From: Naegleria gruberi
Taxonomy: Eukaryota
Assembly: GCA_000004985.1 (NCBI GenBank)
Contig: GG738847.1
Reading direction: 5' to 3' (one strand)
Length of the DNA stretch: 64,000 bases
The notes beneath the pieces were generated by a model. The model was given only the letters and a program-made list of their open reading frames with translations, searched no databases and had not been told where the DNA came from. A program made the translations under genes and the position numbers. Below, piece by piece: positions 40,420 through 51,373 of this stretch. Numbering within the stretch: the stretch's first letter is position 1; every line of letters starts with the position of its first letter.

Positions 40420-43400
40420 ATGAAAAGAAAACAAAAAGAAGCTCAAATCATTTCATCATCGGATGAAGCAGATGATGAAGTTGTTGTTGTGATTAATTCG
40501 AGTGATGAATCGGAAGAGGATGATAACGATTATGGTTATTCACTAGTAAAGGGTAGTGGCCAATATAAGTCTCTTTATGATTTTACTATTGTGTCAAATC
40601 CTGATTATTTGGAGAATGGAGATAAACCAAGGTTCTTTTCTATTGAAGGATTGACTTCGGTTGGAAAGGAATTATTTGCTTGTGGAATGTGCTTTAGTCA
40701 TGACAAGAAAACTGACAGCAAAGTTGGCTCACGTTCAGTATTTGGACCTATTAAAGAATGGGCAATAGAATATAGATTCTTGCCTGTTGTTAGTATTTTG
40801 GTTGAAACTTCGTCAAAGGATACCGAGTGGATTGAACTTATTTCTCCAACAAAAGAATATTTTCACATATTCAATTCTACATATCAGACGATTGCTGTGT
40901 GCCATGCTTTGATTAATCTTGTTCAGAGACATCCAAAAGAGTCGTACGAATCTATTATAGAAATGGTAGGTTTATTGGAATTATTCAGTCTTTAACATTT
41001 AAATAGCTCAAAAAAGCACAATTGGCTTTTATTTACCACCCAACCATAAGAAATACTAAACCCATTGTAAGCGAGGATTACATTCTTGAAAAATCAAAAT
41101 TTATTTCAGAACAATTCAATAGTTTACAAGAGACGAGGGTTTTAAACTCTTCATTCTTTTCACAACTAGTAAGTGTCTTCTTAAATTAATTCTAACGCAT
41201 TTATAGGAGGACATAATGATGAGAGGGGGAGTTCTTGCTGAACTTATTACTTCATCTGAGGAGGAAGAGGATGACACTCAATCAACAAGCTCAGAAGAAG
41301 AGTTTGTTCCAAAGGGTGCTCACTCTGATCCAAGTGATGAATCCATGTCAGAAGTTGTCTCAGAATCATCAGATTCTTCTGACTCTTTTTATAAACCAAA
41401 ATCTGTGAAAACTAAAAAGCAAACAAAATCTAAGAAAACCCTCTCTACTGTATCAACTAAAAAGGAAAATTTAATTAATGACGATTATTCGAGTGGCTCT
41501 GAGGAAGAAACTAAGACTAAGAAAACTAAAGCAAAATCCTTGAAGAAAACAACAGTCAAAAAAGAAAAGAAGGAGAAGGAAATTGTAAATAAGAATTTAG
41601 AACAAATTAAAGCCCATGACCTTGAAGATATCAAATGGGGAAAGCCAATCAGTAAGAAAATTGACGAATCAGGTCGAAAATATTTCAAGTCTTGTAAAAT
41701 TTCAAAAGAGGAATATAATATTGGCGATTTTATCTACTTGAAAACTCCATATCTCAATCATGAAATGCCATACTATATTTGTATGGTTGATTCATTCTTT
41801 GAAAATTGGAAAGGTCAGCGTCAGATGCGAGTGAGATGGCTTAGAAGATATCAAGATATTAAGATACTTACTACAGGAGAATATCATAATGTACTTTGTT
41901 ATGATCACCAGGAGTTGTACTTGACAGACGAATATGATGATGTGAGTATACTTACTTTAATTAATTACAAACATAATATTTTAGAACTTTATCAAGAACA
42001 TTAAGGGAAGATGTGCTGTATTTTTTGTAAGAAAGACTGAAGATTTTGAAAAAATTGAAGGATCACGAGATAAGAAGGATATTTTCTATTGTAAAAGCAA
42101 GATTGTAATTGTTGGAGAACAGATTTCTCTGTTAGAGTTAAGTCCACAAGAAATTGAACTCACATTCAAATGTATGGAAAATAACTTGAATGCCATTAAG
42201 GACCAATTCATTCCAAAAGAAAAAATTACAGCTCTTGACATATTTTCTGGTTGCGGTGGGTTGAGCCTAGGGTTGGAAAGAGCAGGTATCCATGTTAAAT
42301 ACAGCATCGAATTTTGGAAACCAGCAGCTGATACTCATCACTATTATTTCAAAGATTGCCACACCTTTTGTAAGAATGCCGAAGAGTTCCTCAAGCACAT
42401 TAAGGTGGCTAATGAATTGAAAAAAAGGTTTGGTCTTTTAGATAAAAAGTGTCAAATCAAAGGTTCACCTGGTAAGAGAAGAGTGATCCACATCAAAAAT
42501 GCCAAAAGAAAGAAGGATGGATCTCTTTGGTTAATGGTTGAGAAACAGGGTCAAGATTTGTGGATGGATGTTGAAAAAATGGATAGTTATAGAGCAGAAA
42601 TTGTACATTTTCTATCAACAAAATATGCAAACATACCAGCACCTGACGAAATTGATTTAATTGCTGGAGGACCTCCTTGTCAAGGATTCAGTTTACTGAA
42701 TAGATTCAAAGAAACAGATTCATCAAAGTTCTTATCACACGATAAGAATCGTTTAGTTTTAGTGTTTTTGGATTATGTGAAATACTTTAAGCCTAAATAT
42801 GTACTGATTGAAAATGTGACAGGTATTCTTAACACGACAGTATTTGATGTACCATCAGCAATCATTGAAAAGTTGGATGCAAGAGGTTATGAAGCCAAAT
42901 TCTCAACAGTTAACGCACAACACTTTGGAGTAAGTTTTTAATATATTTCAATAACGTAATTTATCGTTAAAGTTACCACAAACAAGAACAAGAGTAATTT
43001 TCTTTGGTGCAAGAAAGGATGAAAACCTTAAAGTTCCAGATTTCCCAAAGAATACTCATGCTTCCCATAAAGTTAGTGCTGTTCTTGACAATGCCAGTCA
43101 GGTAAAACTTGTAGCAAATGTAAGAAAGATTGTTGCAGGACCTCTTCCTCCTGTTTCACTCAGAGATGTTATTAGTGATCTGATTCCTTTTGAGGATTCA
43201 TCAGAATCAACTGCTGAATATCTACCTCCAAAGACAGTCTATCAAAAGCTCTATAGAAAGGATAGCGATACTTGCATTGATCACATTTCACAATCATATG
43301 GAGAGGTAACCTCAGCACTTATCAAATGTTTACCTAGATATCCTGGTTGTAATTTTAGAGATTTGGCAGAAAGTGCAAGACCACTTTTAAAAGAGGGTTA

Positions 43401-44193
43401 TTTGACCTATAGAGACTTTTCCAAGAATATTCTAGCTAGATTGCAGTGGAGTAAGAGTTGCCCAACACTTGTCACTCACTTGAACCCATATAGTATGAAG
43501 GTAATTCATCCCAATCAACATCGAGTTATTTCTGTAAGGGAGGCTGCTAGATGTCAGGGCTTCCCTGACGATTTTATATTTACTGGAAGCATTCACGATA
43601 AGTACAAACAAATTGGTAATGCTGTTCCTGTGAATATGGCCAAGGCGTTGGGAGGTGAAATTATTAAGGCCTATACAAATCATCTTTTAGACAAGAATGG
43701 AAATAGAAGAGAGGTTGAAGCAACAACAACGAAGAAATTGAGAGAAAATATGTACAAATGGTTTTCAGATCTGAAGTCATGGGCCAGTAAGGACTATGAA
43801 CCAAAACCTTTACTCAAGGAACTCATAGATATTCTAAAACCAATTGACAAATCTCTATGTGATGGATATCTAGTTCCACCGACAGACGAGGATATTCAAT
43901 TCTTGAAAAAAGAAATACCGAGACTGGTTCAGAAACATGCCAGTGATACAGAAGAGGTTATTACCCAAGAAGTCAAGGTCATTTATAATGATTCGTCAGA
44001 TGACGATGAAGCTGATGCAGAATGCTCAAATTCAGAAGAATCTGACAATCAAGACGAAGAAACTGAAATTCAAAAAGCTGCTTCTCAAAGAAAATCAAAG
44101 AAAGCTCCAGCCAAAAAGAAACCTGTTCTATCTGAAAGCTCTTCTGAAGAAGAAGAAGCTATCATTAGTATTTCTGATTCTGATTCTGATTAA
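40420..44193 (+). CDS. DNMT1: DNMT1-family cytosine-5 DNA methyltransferase (RFD + BAH + C5-MTase), ~1,202 aa; 5 exons (40420..40965, 41007..41168, 41207..41941, 41985..42929, 42973..44193)
   Basis: The RFD-like N-terminus has SLYDFTIVSNPDYLENGDKPRFFSIEGL...FGPIKEWAIEYRF...TEWIELISPTKEY, against DNMT1 RFD ...[27 protein letters not shown]...LGPINEWWITGFDG...AEYILMDPSPEY. The BAH domain reads YNIGDFIYLK...YICMVDSFFENWKGQRQMRVRWLRRY...GRCAVFFV. MTase motif I is DIFSGCGGLSLGLERAG, IV is GGPPCQGFS and VI is ENV. Motif VIII spans the exon 4/5 junction (HFG|LPQTRTRVIFFGA). IX/X is QIGNAVPV. The tail is acidic and S-rich. Donors are GTAGGT, GTAAGT, GTGAGT and GTAAGT, and introns are 41, 38, 43 and 43 nt. 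All junctions are in frame. Confidence 0.85.
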
Positions 44194-44392
44194 AACATTT
44201 TTATTTCAGATAAATATCACATAACTTTAGTTTTCTTGTCATTTATCTATTAAGGCAGCGAAATTGAATTGGTTTATCATTCAACATATATAGCTTCCTC
44301 AAAGAGTGTTATATCGAAAGCTTATCAAACTGTCAAACGTTTGATGAATTTAACATTTAATATTTAAACACATTTTACAATAATTAAAAAAA

Positions 44393-44650
44393 ATGGAACA
44401 AGACAAATTACAACCACTCTCACCAGGTACACTCACTCAATTTACCTTGAACATGATTGAAGATTGTTTTGATGTTTGCAACAAGAAACAAACTACAAGT
44501 AATAATTCATCATCATCATCACTCCACAAGGAATGTATCGGAAATTGTTATCAACTCTATCAACAAGGCTTTATCTATTTATTAAATCATTATCAAAATA
44601 ATAACAATCAATCTAATTCTATCAATAATAATAATAATAATATTAATTAA
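44393..44650 (+). CDS. Small Tim (Tim8/9/10/13 family) intermembrane-space chaperone
   Basis: Twin CX3C motifs are present (EDCFDVC ... ECIGNC). The ORF is 85 aa and has a poly-N tail. Confidence 0.55.
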   Translation: MEQDKLQPLSPGTLTQFTLNMIEDCFDVCNKKQTTSNNSSSSSLHKECIGNCYQLYQQGFIYLLNHYQNNNNQSNSINNNNNNIN

Positions 44651-44677
44651 TAATTATTACAACAATAATTTCAACAA

Positions 44678-45310
44678 TTAAAGGCTAAAAACAAGAGTGA
44701 AATTATTAGCTGGCATACTCACTCTCTCAATTAATTTCAATCCGAATTGATTGGCTTCCTTTTCTACTTGTTCTACATCTCTAATGCCCCACAATGGATT
44801 TCTCAATTTTAAATTCTCATCAAAGTTTCTATTGCCTTCACTTGTAAATTCACCATTAACATTGAAAGGACCATACAAGAATAGATAACCATTGCCAGTA
44901 GCAGCAGATGATGATGATGATTTTAAAATCTCACTCGCATGCTTCATCAACATGGTACAACACTTGAACGGCGAAATGTGTACAAGATTAATGGCAATAA
45001 TGGCTTTAAATTTGCATTCAAAGGGCAATGATTCCTCTCTGGAAATATCAATAATGGTGGGTGTTAAAACATTGGATAGTGATGAGGTTCTTTCCTTGAT
45101 AATTGCAAAATTCTCATCAGTCATTTCGGAAGGATGAAAAATCAGGTTTTGGAACTCTTTGGCAAAGTGTGAAACATGTTGACCATAACCTGAGGCAATT
45201 TCCAAGATTTGCTCTCCAGAATCTTTTTCATTGGAGAGGTATTTGAGGAGAACTTGCAAGATTGGTTCCTTGTTTCTTTCAGCTGCTTCACTATAGTTTG
45301 GCAAGGACAT
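44678..45310 (-). CDS. METTL26: METTL26/DUF938-type SAM-dependent methyltransferase
   Basis: The N-terminal signature AAERNKEPILQVL is present. The SAM-binding glycine motif is LEIASGYGQHV. 210 aa. Confidence 0.6.
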   Translation of the reverse strand: MSLPNYSEAAERNKEPILQVLLKYLSNEKDSGEQILEIASGYGQHVSHFAKEFQNLIFHPSEMTDENFAIIKERTSSLSNVLTPTIIDISREESLPFECKFKAIIAINLVHISPFKCCTMLMKHASEILKSSSSSAATGNGYLFLYGPFNVNGEFTSEGNRNFDENLKLRNPLWGIRDVEQVEKEANQFGLKLIERVSMPANNFTLVFSL

Positions 45311-45372
45311 TTGTAATGTGTGTATTTTTTTTATTGTAAACTTGAATTGGGAATCGAATCTTTCCAGTTGAC

Positions 45373-46233
45373 TTATGGTAAGGCATGGATGGATGAAGGT
45401 GGATTCTTCATTTTCTTACAAACTCTTCTTCTTGCATTAATGAAATAATTATTAACTTGAGCAACTGTGATGTTTGCTAATTTAGATAAATATTGTTTGT
45501 CGCTTTGATCTGGATATGGATTGTGCCAATTATCATACAACCACTGTTTTAGAATTAAATTTGCTGTTTCTGAAAGATATCTGGTTGACTTTTGTTTACA
45601 TATTTTCTTATTTCCGAAAGTGGTAATTCCCTTATTGTCAAAATGGTTGGTGTTGTAACGAGTATTTGTATTTTCAACCCTAATAGAGTTTGAAATTCTG
45701 TGATGTGTTGTAATTTGATTAGTAGTTGATTCGTTTCTCTCTCTTTGGTTTTCGTTGTGAATAGTTTGATCGTTGATGGAGAGTGATGTTATTTTATCTG
45801 GTATTGTATTGTCAACATTGATACTCTCTTCTTTACGAACAGTAACTTCAATCTCTCGCAATAATTCTTTAATTGAAGGAAGTTTCGATTGGTTAATATT
45901 TGGTAGATGTTGGTAGTGTTGTATTGAAGAAGGTTGGTTAATTATTTGTTGCTCGTGAGGAGGAGTGGAAAATTGTGTAGAATGAGCTGTCGAGTAAGAA
46001 TTAAAGGTTTGAAAGTTATCATGGTTGAGTAGTCTATTGTTTCCTTCAAAATATGTTTGATTACTGCCATATCCTGTATTCAAAGTGTAGGTGGGGTATT
46101 GTTTACTGTTTGAAGGAACACTTCTTGCTGAGATGGGAGTAGCATTGAGTTGACTAATATGCCAAGCTTTTGAAAATGTAGTATGGTCAAAGCATGCAGT
46201 TGAAAAGTTAGTGTTTTGATGTTGAGGTTTCAT
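45373..46233 (-). CDS. TALE-class homeodomain transcription factor
   Basis: The C-terminal homeodomain reads ILKQWLYDNWHNPYPDQSDKQYLSKLANITVAQVNNYFINARRR. It carries the PYP three-residue loop insertion and the WF.N.RRR recognition helix. The N-terminus is Q/N/T-rich. Confidence 0.65.
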   Translation of the reverse strand: MKPQHQNTNFSTACFDHTTFSKAWHISQLNATPISARSVPSNSKQYPTYTLNTGYGSNQTYFEGNNRLLNHDNFQTFNSYSTAHSTQFSTPPHEQQIINQPSSIQHYQHLPNINQSKLPSIKELLREIEVTVRKEESINVDNTIPDKITSLSINDQTIHNENQRERNESTTNQITTHHRISNSIRVENTNTRYNTNHFDNKGITTFGNKKICKQKSTRYLSETANLILKQWLYDNWHNPYPDQSDKQYLSKLANITVAQVNNYFINARRRVCKKMKNPPSSIHALP

Positions 46234-46483
46234 GTTGTTTTTTTGTCTTTTGATTTAGAATGATGGTTCTTCATATCGCAATTTATCAAAACCCTTTTAG
46301 AATTATTCCTGCTCAATTCCCAAAGGAGCTTAATTTGTATTTTGACAAGTGCTATGAAATTAAAATTGGAGGGAATCAGATTAAAGACGGAACGATACAT
46401 GATCCCATTTCCAAACTTGAGCTATCAATAAAGACATGAAAAGTTCATAAATTTAAACATTTAAAAGTTTACAATCAGTTTAT

Positions 46484-47718
46484 TTAGAAGAAGAAACAAA
46501 CAATAGCAACAACAGCCATTAAAGCAAATGAAACAGTTGAAGTAACAGCAGAAGAGGTCTTGACATAAATGCTGTTAACAACAAATCCAGTTTCAGAAAG
46601 GAGAGACTTCCATGAGTTAGCATTAGCATCATAGAACTTTAAGAAGTTTTGGCCACCAACAGCTACTGATCCAGACTTGCAACCAGTAATTGTGTATTGA
46701 CTGAAAAGACCACAAATATCCATACCGAGAACAGTTTCTTTAGGATAGTTAGTACCAATGACAGCATAATCGCCAGTACCATCACGTCTCTTAACAGAGG
46801 ATTCACTGTTTGATACTTGACATTACCACCAGCAAAGATAGAACCAACATTTGAGGCAGACAATCCCTTAATGTATCTAATCTTGTTAACTGCACCAGTG
46901 GTAACTGAACCAGCATCAGCAGACCAAGCAGCAGACTTGTGATTATAGTTACAGACACCCTTACATTCAGTCTTAGCGAAAGAAGTAGCAGCAACGAAAA
47001 TGTTATCAGTGCTGAAAATATTTGGATTATAATAGATATCAGTAACACCAGTGGCTCCATCAACAAGAGTCCAAACACCAGGGGAATTAGTAGTGTCATA
47101 GATGGCAAGACCAAATTCCTTACCATTAGCATCGTAGAATTTACCACCATAATAAACCTTATTGTATGTGATTAATTGGTATTCATTTTTGGCAACAACT
47201 GTTACAGAAGTAGCATTCACAGCAGTTTGTGTTTCCCACTTCTTATTCTTGTTGTGATAATACAAGAAGTTTGTGGCAGTACTACCGGAGACAGAGGCCT
47301 TGAAATTACCACCAACAAAAATGTCACAAGGGAAAAGACCAGAGATAGACATTGAGTCAGGAAGGGATGTACAATCGGTATCAATAGCAGTAACAACAGA
47401 TCCAGCAACGAAATCTGATGAAGAAAGACCAGTATCAATCCAAGCAGCAGTGTAAATGTTCCAGATAGCAACTGGACCAGTCTTCTTAGTTCCGACTTGA
47501 GTGAAAGCACCACCAATATAAACGTTTCCGTATACATCAACATTGACAACCTTAACTTCACCATCAGTACCATTTTCCATGGCCTTCAAAGCAGATTCCT
47601 TCAAATCATAGTAAGCAATATTGTTGTATTTAGTACCGTTCAAGGTATTGAAAGAACCACCTGCGTACAATAATGATACAAAGATGATGATATTGAAAAA
47701 ATAAATAAATTTCATCAC
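46484..47718 (-). pseudogene. Secreted, probably GPI-anchored beta-propeller (kelch/galactose-oxidase-like) surface protein, interrupted by an apparent 1-nt frameshift near 46795-46815
   Basis: A signal peptide (MMKFIYFFNIIIFVSLLYAG) leads into repeated hydrophobic-GG-x-F/V propeller-blade motifs (YIGGAF, FVGGNF, YYGGKF, FAGGNV, VAVGGQNF). The reading frame then shifts by +1: frame A reads ...FAGGNVKYQTV and frame B reads ...SNSESSVKRRDGTGDYAVIG...CKSGSVAVGGQNFLKFYDANANSWK...VSFALMAVVAIVCFFF*. The hydrophobic C-terminus fits a GPI-anchor signal. No GT-AG intron fits the break. An alternative 5' exon MYKTLLSAACVLFFACMVTAITLPATPLTTRIYLG lies at ~47841 with a GTATGT...cgcag intron. Confidence 0.45.
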
Positions 47719-48558
47719 GTGTTATCTTTCTACATACCAAGATAAATTCTTGTGGTCAAAGGAGTTGCTGGAAGAGTAATGGCAGTAACCATGCAAGCGA
47801 AGAACAAAACGCAAGCAGCAGATAACAATGTCTTATACATCTTGTGTTTTTGTTTTTTTTTGATCTGAGTTGGGAGAGAGTTAGGCAGCCCACAATTTAA
47901 CGAGTGTATGAACAAGCACACCAATACAACCAACGTGAAGCTATCTGTTGGGCGGGAAAGAAATTACAAAATAAAGTTCAAAGTTGAGGAATTTGTTAGC
48001 CAATAACCATACAAAATCGACATATTCAACGTTCAACACCTCTTAAGGAATATTCAACACCTTGTGAGGCTGGAGAGAACTTTTAATCCCTTATTTCTCA
48101 GCTTGTTTTAAAAAATCTCTAATTCGTTGAAGGAGGAAGAGAAGAATGAACTTTTTCATCCTAATTGAATTGAAACAAGGTGATGTTTATGATACTGTGT
48201 TTAAATACATCATTTATTAAATATTCGGTGGTGAGATGTGGTGACTCAGTGCATGACTGACTGCTAGTTAGAAAGAGTCCCCTTTGCTTGTGTGTTGAAA
48301 TCGAAACAAAAGGAAGAATAAATTTTTTAGGGCAATCGTTTACCTGGCGCAAATTTCACTTCCTAAAATGTAGCTTGAGTAAGACATTAAATCATTACAA
48401 TATGTATATTATTAAACACAACTACGGTTCGGGTGGTGGTACTCGTGCAAGTTTTGTGGTGATTTTGGGACACAATAACTCCAACAAAAAAAAGAGGCAA
48501 AATTGTCAACTTGTTATTAAATTGCTGTGTTAACTTTATTGAAGAAAATATTCATGAT

Positions 48559-48975
48559 TTACAATAAGGCATACTCCTTACTGATCATTCTTTGATACAA
48601 GTAGTAACCATTCATCATGTGAACTGTCATGTCAAAGATAGTGAGGAAGAAATCAATAGTTACGTGTTTTTCTTTACGATATTCAACAGAACTCCAATCA
48701 CGAATTCTCTTTGCATAATAACCATCTGTCCAAGTGATGACATAAAACAAATGACCAATTAAATGGAGTACAACAATGATAGAGTAAAAGCTTCCCATCA
48801 AATCACTCAATATAAAAAGAATAGAGAAACCACTCAATCCGTCATAGAGAAACCACTTTCCCATTCCTTTTAACTTGGCATTGGACGGTTGATAAACTCT
48901 GGTAAGAACCAAACCATGTGTGAGAAATAGGTAGATTTCAGAGAGGAAAAGAATTGGGTAGAGGATTTCAATCAT
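48559..48975 (-). CDS. Small multipass membrane protein (~138 aa from MIEILYP...), family unresolved
   Basis: Four predicted TM segments (ILYPILFLSEIYLFLTHGLVL, GLSGFSILFILSDLMG, YSIIVVLHLIGHLFYVI, IDFFLTIFDMTVHMM). The ORF-track start is further upstream and is probably not used. Confidence 0.4.
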   Translation of the reverse strand: MIEILYPILFLSEIYLFLTHGLVLTRVYQPSNAKLKGMGKWFLYDGLSGFSILFILSDLMGSFYSIIVVLHLIGHLFYVITWTDGYYAKRIRDWSSVEYRKEKHVTIDFFLTIFDMTVHMMNGYYLYQRMISKEYALL

Positions 48976-49419
48976 GTTGTTTTTTTGTGAGGTGTTTATA
49001 AATTGTTGGAGGGGATTTGAATTGAATAGAAATGGCTTGGTTTTGATTCTTGTTGGTGACAATTATGTAGTGTGCATGGATGATCTATGAACTAATTCTA
49101 TTTGCCATCACCTTGTTTAAATACCCTCCAACATGTTTAAACACCCTCTGAAAGGGAAAACTGAAGAAAATGAGATTTTAAAAGATTGGGTTGACTGGTT
49201 TTTTCAACACGTTTACAATGAGACGATTTTTCAACCAACTCAAACTGTAACATGAAATTGTTGAGGACTTAGACCTCAATTTGTAAACTATCTATCACAT
49301 AAAAAACCTTCAGGTAGGACGACACAACAAATCTCCGTACAAATTTCCATTGCTAATTCGCGCCAATGTTGGTTGCGCTTTTCCTCCAAATAATTTTAAA
49401 TCAAGGAAAATAAAAAAAA

Positions 49420-50187
49420 ATGTCTACGACTGCAAGCTCTCCTTATAAATCTGCCATCAATTTTATCAACCAATTCCAAACATTGACCAACTCTGGTCTT
49501 GGTAGAGACAAGGCAACAAAAATTATTCAATATGGATGTAAAATTATTGAGGAAATTTTAGAAAAATCAGCTTCTCCAGCCAATGATTATAAAGATTTGA
49601 TTGTCCGTGTTCAAAGAACAAGTGCCGGATTAGCAACTGCTCGTAGAGTGATGCGTTTCTGGAAACCATTCCAAGGATATGTTGCACTCCTTCAATTTAT
49701 TGAAAGTTTGATCAATGGAAAGAAACAAACAGTGATTGGTATTTTCGAACTTGTATCTAAATTATGTATGGCACACTACTTTTTGATGGATCACTTGACA
49801 TGGTTATCTAAAGAAAAGATTTTATCGGAATTGCCTTTAGAATTAGCAGAAAAGAGTCAATCATTTATTGCAACTACTTTCAACAACAATAAGAATGCTG
49901 ATTACTCTCGTAGCAGTTCTAATTTCTGGTTTTATGGAGTAGTCTTTGCTTTGGTTGCTCACGTTTTGAAATATTCCGAATATTTGACAAAGGAAAAGAA
50001 AGAATTTGATATTACTAGAGACGTCAATCAACAAAAGATGTTTAGAACATTTATTGCTCTCGTTTGTGATTTGGGAACAGCAGCCATTCTTGCCAAGAAG
50101 ATTAGCTACCAAAATAAGGCTGCACTTGGTGTTTTCGGTGTTGCTTCTTCATTAATCTCAATTTATGACAATTGGCCATCTCAATAA
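49420..50187 (+). CDS. PEX11: Peroxisomal biogenesis factor PEX11 family
   Basis: The N-terminal amphipathic region carries GRDKATKIIQYGCK (the PEX11 RDK..R..QY signature). The protein is 255 aa and has C-terminal hydrophobic segments. Confidence 0.6.
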   Translation: MSTTASSPYKSAINFINQFQTLTNSGLGRDKATKIIQYGCKIIEEILEKSASPANDYKDLIVRVQRTSAGLATARRVMRFWKPFQGYVALLQFIESLINGKKQTVIGIFELVSKLCMAHYFLMDHLTWLSKEKILSELPLELAEKSQSFIATTFNNNKNADYSRSSSNFWFYGVVFALVAHVLKYSEYLTKEKKEFDITRDVNQQKMFRTFIALVCDLGTAAILAKKISYQNKAALGVFGVASSLISIYDNWPSQ

Positions 50188-50577
50188 TTATTTTTAACTG
50201 TAAATTAAATGTATATTTTAACTGTAAATGATTCGTTAGTAATATAGGAAACTATGTTAAATTAAGCTGAATTAATTTATTACGAAATAAGAATGTCCTT
50301 AGCTATAGAAACGAAACAGTATCGTATTGATACCACATTTTCAAAATCTCACCATATGGTAATCTCTGAAATATATTGTATTGACACCAAAAAGTAATTT
50401 ATCAAATATTTGTTATTTAAAAACTTATCTGAAAAATCATTAAATGTGATTTTAGAGATAAAGATAATGAAAATATTGGATAATTTATAAGATAAAATAT
50501 TAATTCTTCAAAAGTTTATTGAATTTTGAAATTTAGATTAAGACCTTAACAAAGAAATATATAAAAATCTTCATACG

Positions 50578-51012
50578 TTAGTAATGGTTCCGTGTGGTGA
50601 TTGTTTGGGTGGAAATGTTTCTCTCTTTAATTTTGTACACTGTTTTCATGTAACACTCTTGGAAAGTTAAATGAGGTTTTGTCTGATTACTAACAGAAAA
50701 TTTCTCTTGGATGGCCAGCAGCTTCTTCTTCATGGATTGGGAAACGTGTGGTTCATTCAATAAAAACGAAACAACGCTGCAAATATCTAATCGCACCAAC
50801 AAATCTACTAATGTCTTGTTTTCAACTACACTAGGATCATAAAATTTTGTGAGCAGTGATGGTAACCATTTGATTGGATCTGAATATTCAGCTTTTTGTA
50901 AATTACACAATAAAGAACTTGTACTGAGAGTTTGTTCTTCATACCTGACGGGAAAGGAACGGAATTCATAGGCAAAAATTAAAACCAATAGTACAATACT
51001 GTGTTTGGACAT
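50578..51012 (-). CDS. Hypothetical secreted protein (signal peptide MSKHSIVLLVLIFAYEF)
   Basis: 144-aa ATG ORF with a hydrophobic N-terminus. No recognisable motif. Confidence 0.35.
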   Translation of the reverse strand: MSKHSIVLLVLIFAYEFRSFPVRYEEQTLSTSSLLCNLQKAEYSDPIKWLPSLLTKFYDPSVVENKTLVDLLVRLDICSVVSFLLNEPHVSQSMKKKLLAIQEKFSVSNQTKPHLTFQECYMKTVYKIKERNISTQTITTRNHY

Positions 51013-51373
51013 TTTTTTCTGTTGGATTTTATTCCATTATTAGGTTCCATTTGTAAACTTTTAATGCTAGTTCAAGATGATAAAACACAAATTCAATAAC
51101 AATGTAATAAGAGAATGGTGGGTTTCAAAACATTACCTTGAACACATAGACTTTTTCAAAATGGTTTTGCAGGACCATGGTATAGATTTGGATAGGAAGA
51201 ATAGAAACGTTGCACTGACCCCAATATTTTGAAGGATTGCAAAGAAGAGCTTAATGACTTTTGGTGGTACAATTTGATTGTTGTGATGAAATTAATCATA
51301 CCTATGATATGGGTGGTGAGAAAAGAGTCAAAAAAACAAGATAATATTTGTGGTGTCTACTAAAGTTATTTAT

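Noticed and set aside
42330-42640. Calling the ~65-aa insert between MTase motifs I and IV a chromodomain, which would make the enzyme a chromomethylase.
   Set aside because: Only a loose W...W aromatic spacing is visible. The canonical chromo signature (Y/W-hVKWKG...WEP) is absent. I kept this as a hypothesis inside the DNMT1 finding rather than a feature.
47662-47718. Treating the start of the 351-aa ORF (MMKFIYFF...) as certainly coding.
   Set aside because: The same bases can be read as a GTATGT...cgcag intron downstream of an alternative signal-peptide exon at ~47841. Both readings are frame-consistent, so I recorded the ambiguity rather than choosing.
50200-50240. A short direct repeat ttaactgtaaat x2 downstream of PEX11.
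   Set aside because: The two 12-bp copies sit in an AT-rich 3' region. This is most simply replication slippage or chance. It lacks the arrayed structure of CRISPR or satellite repeats.
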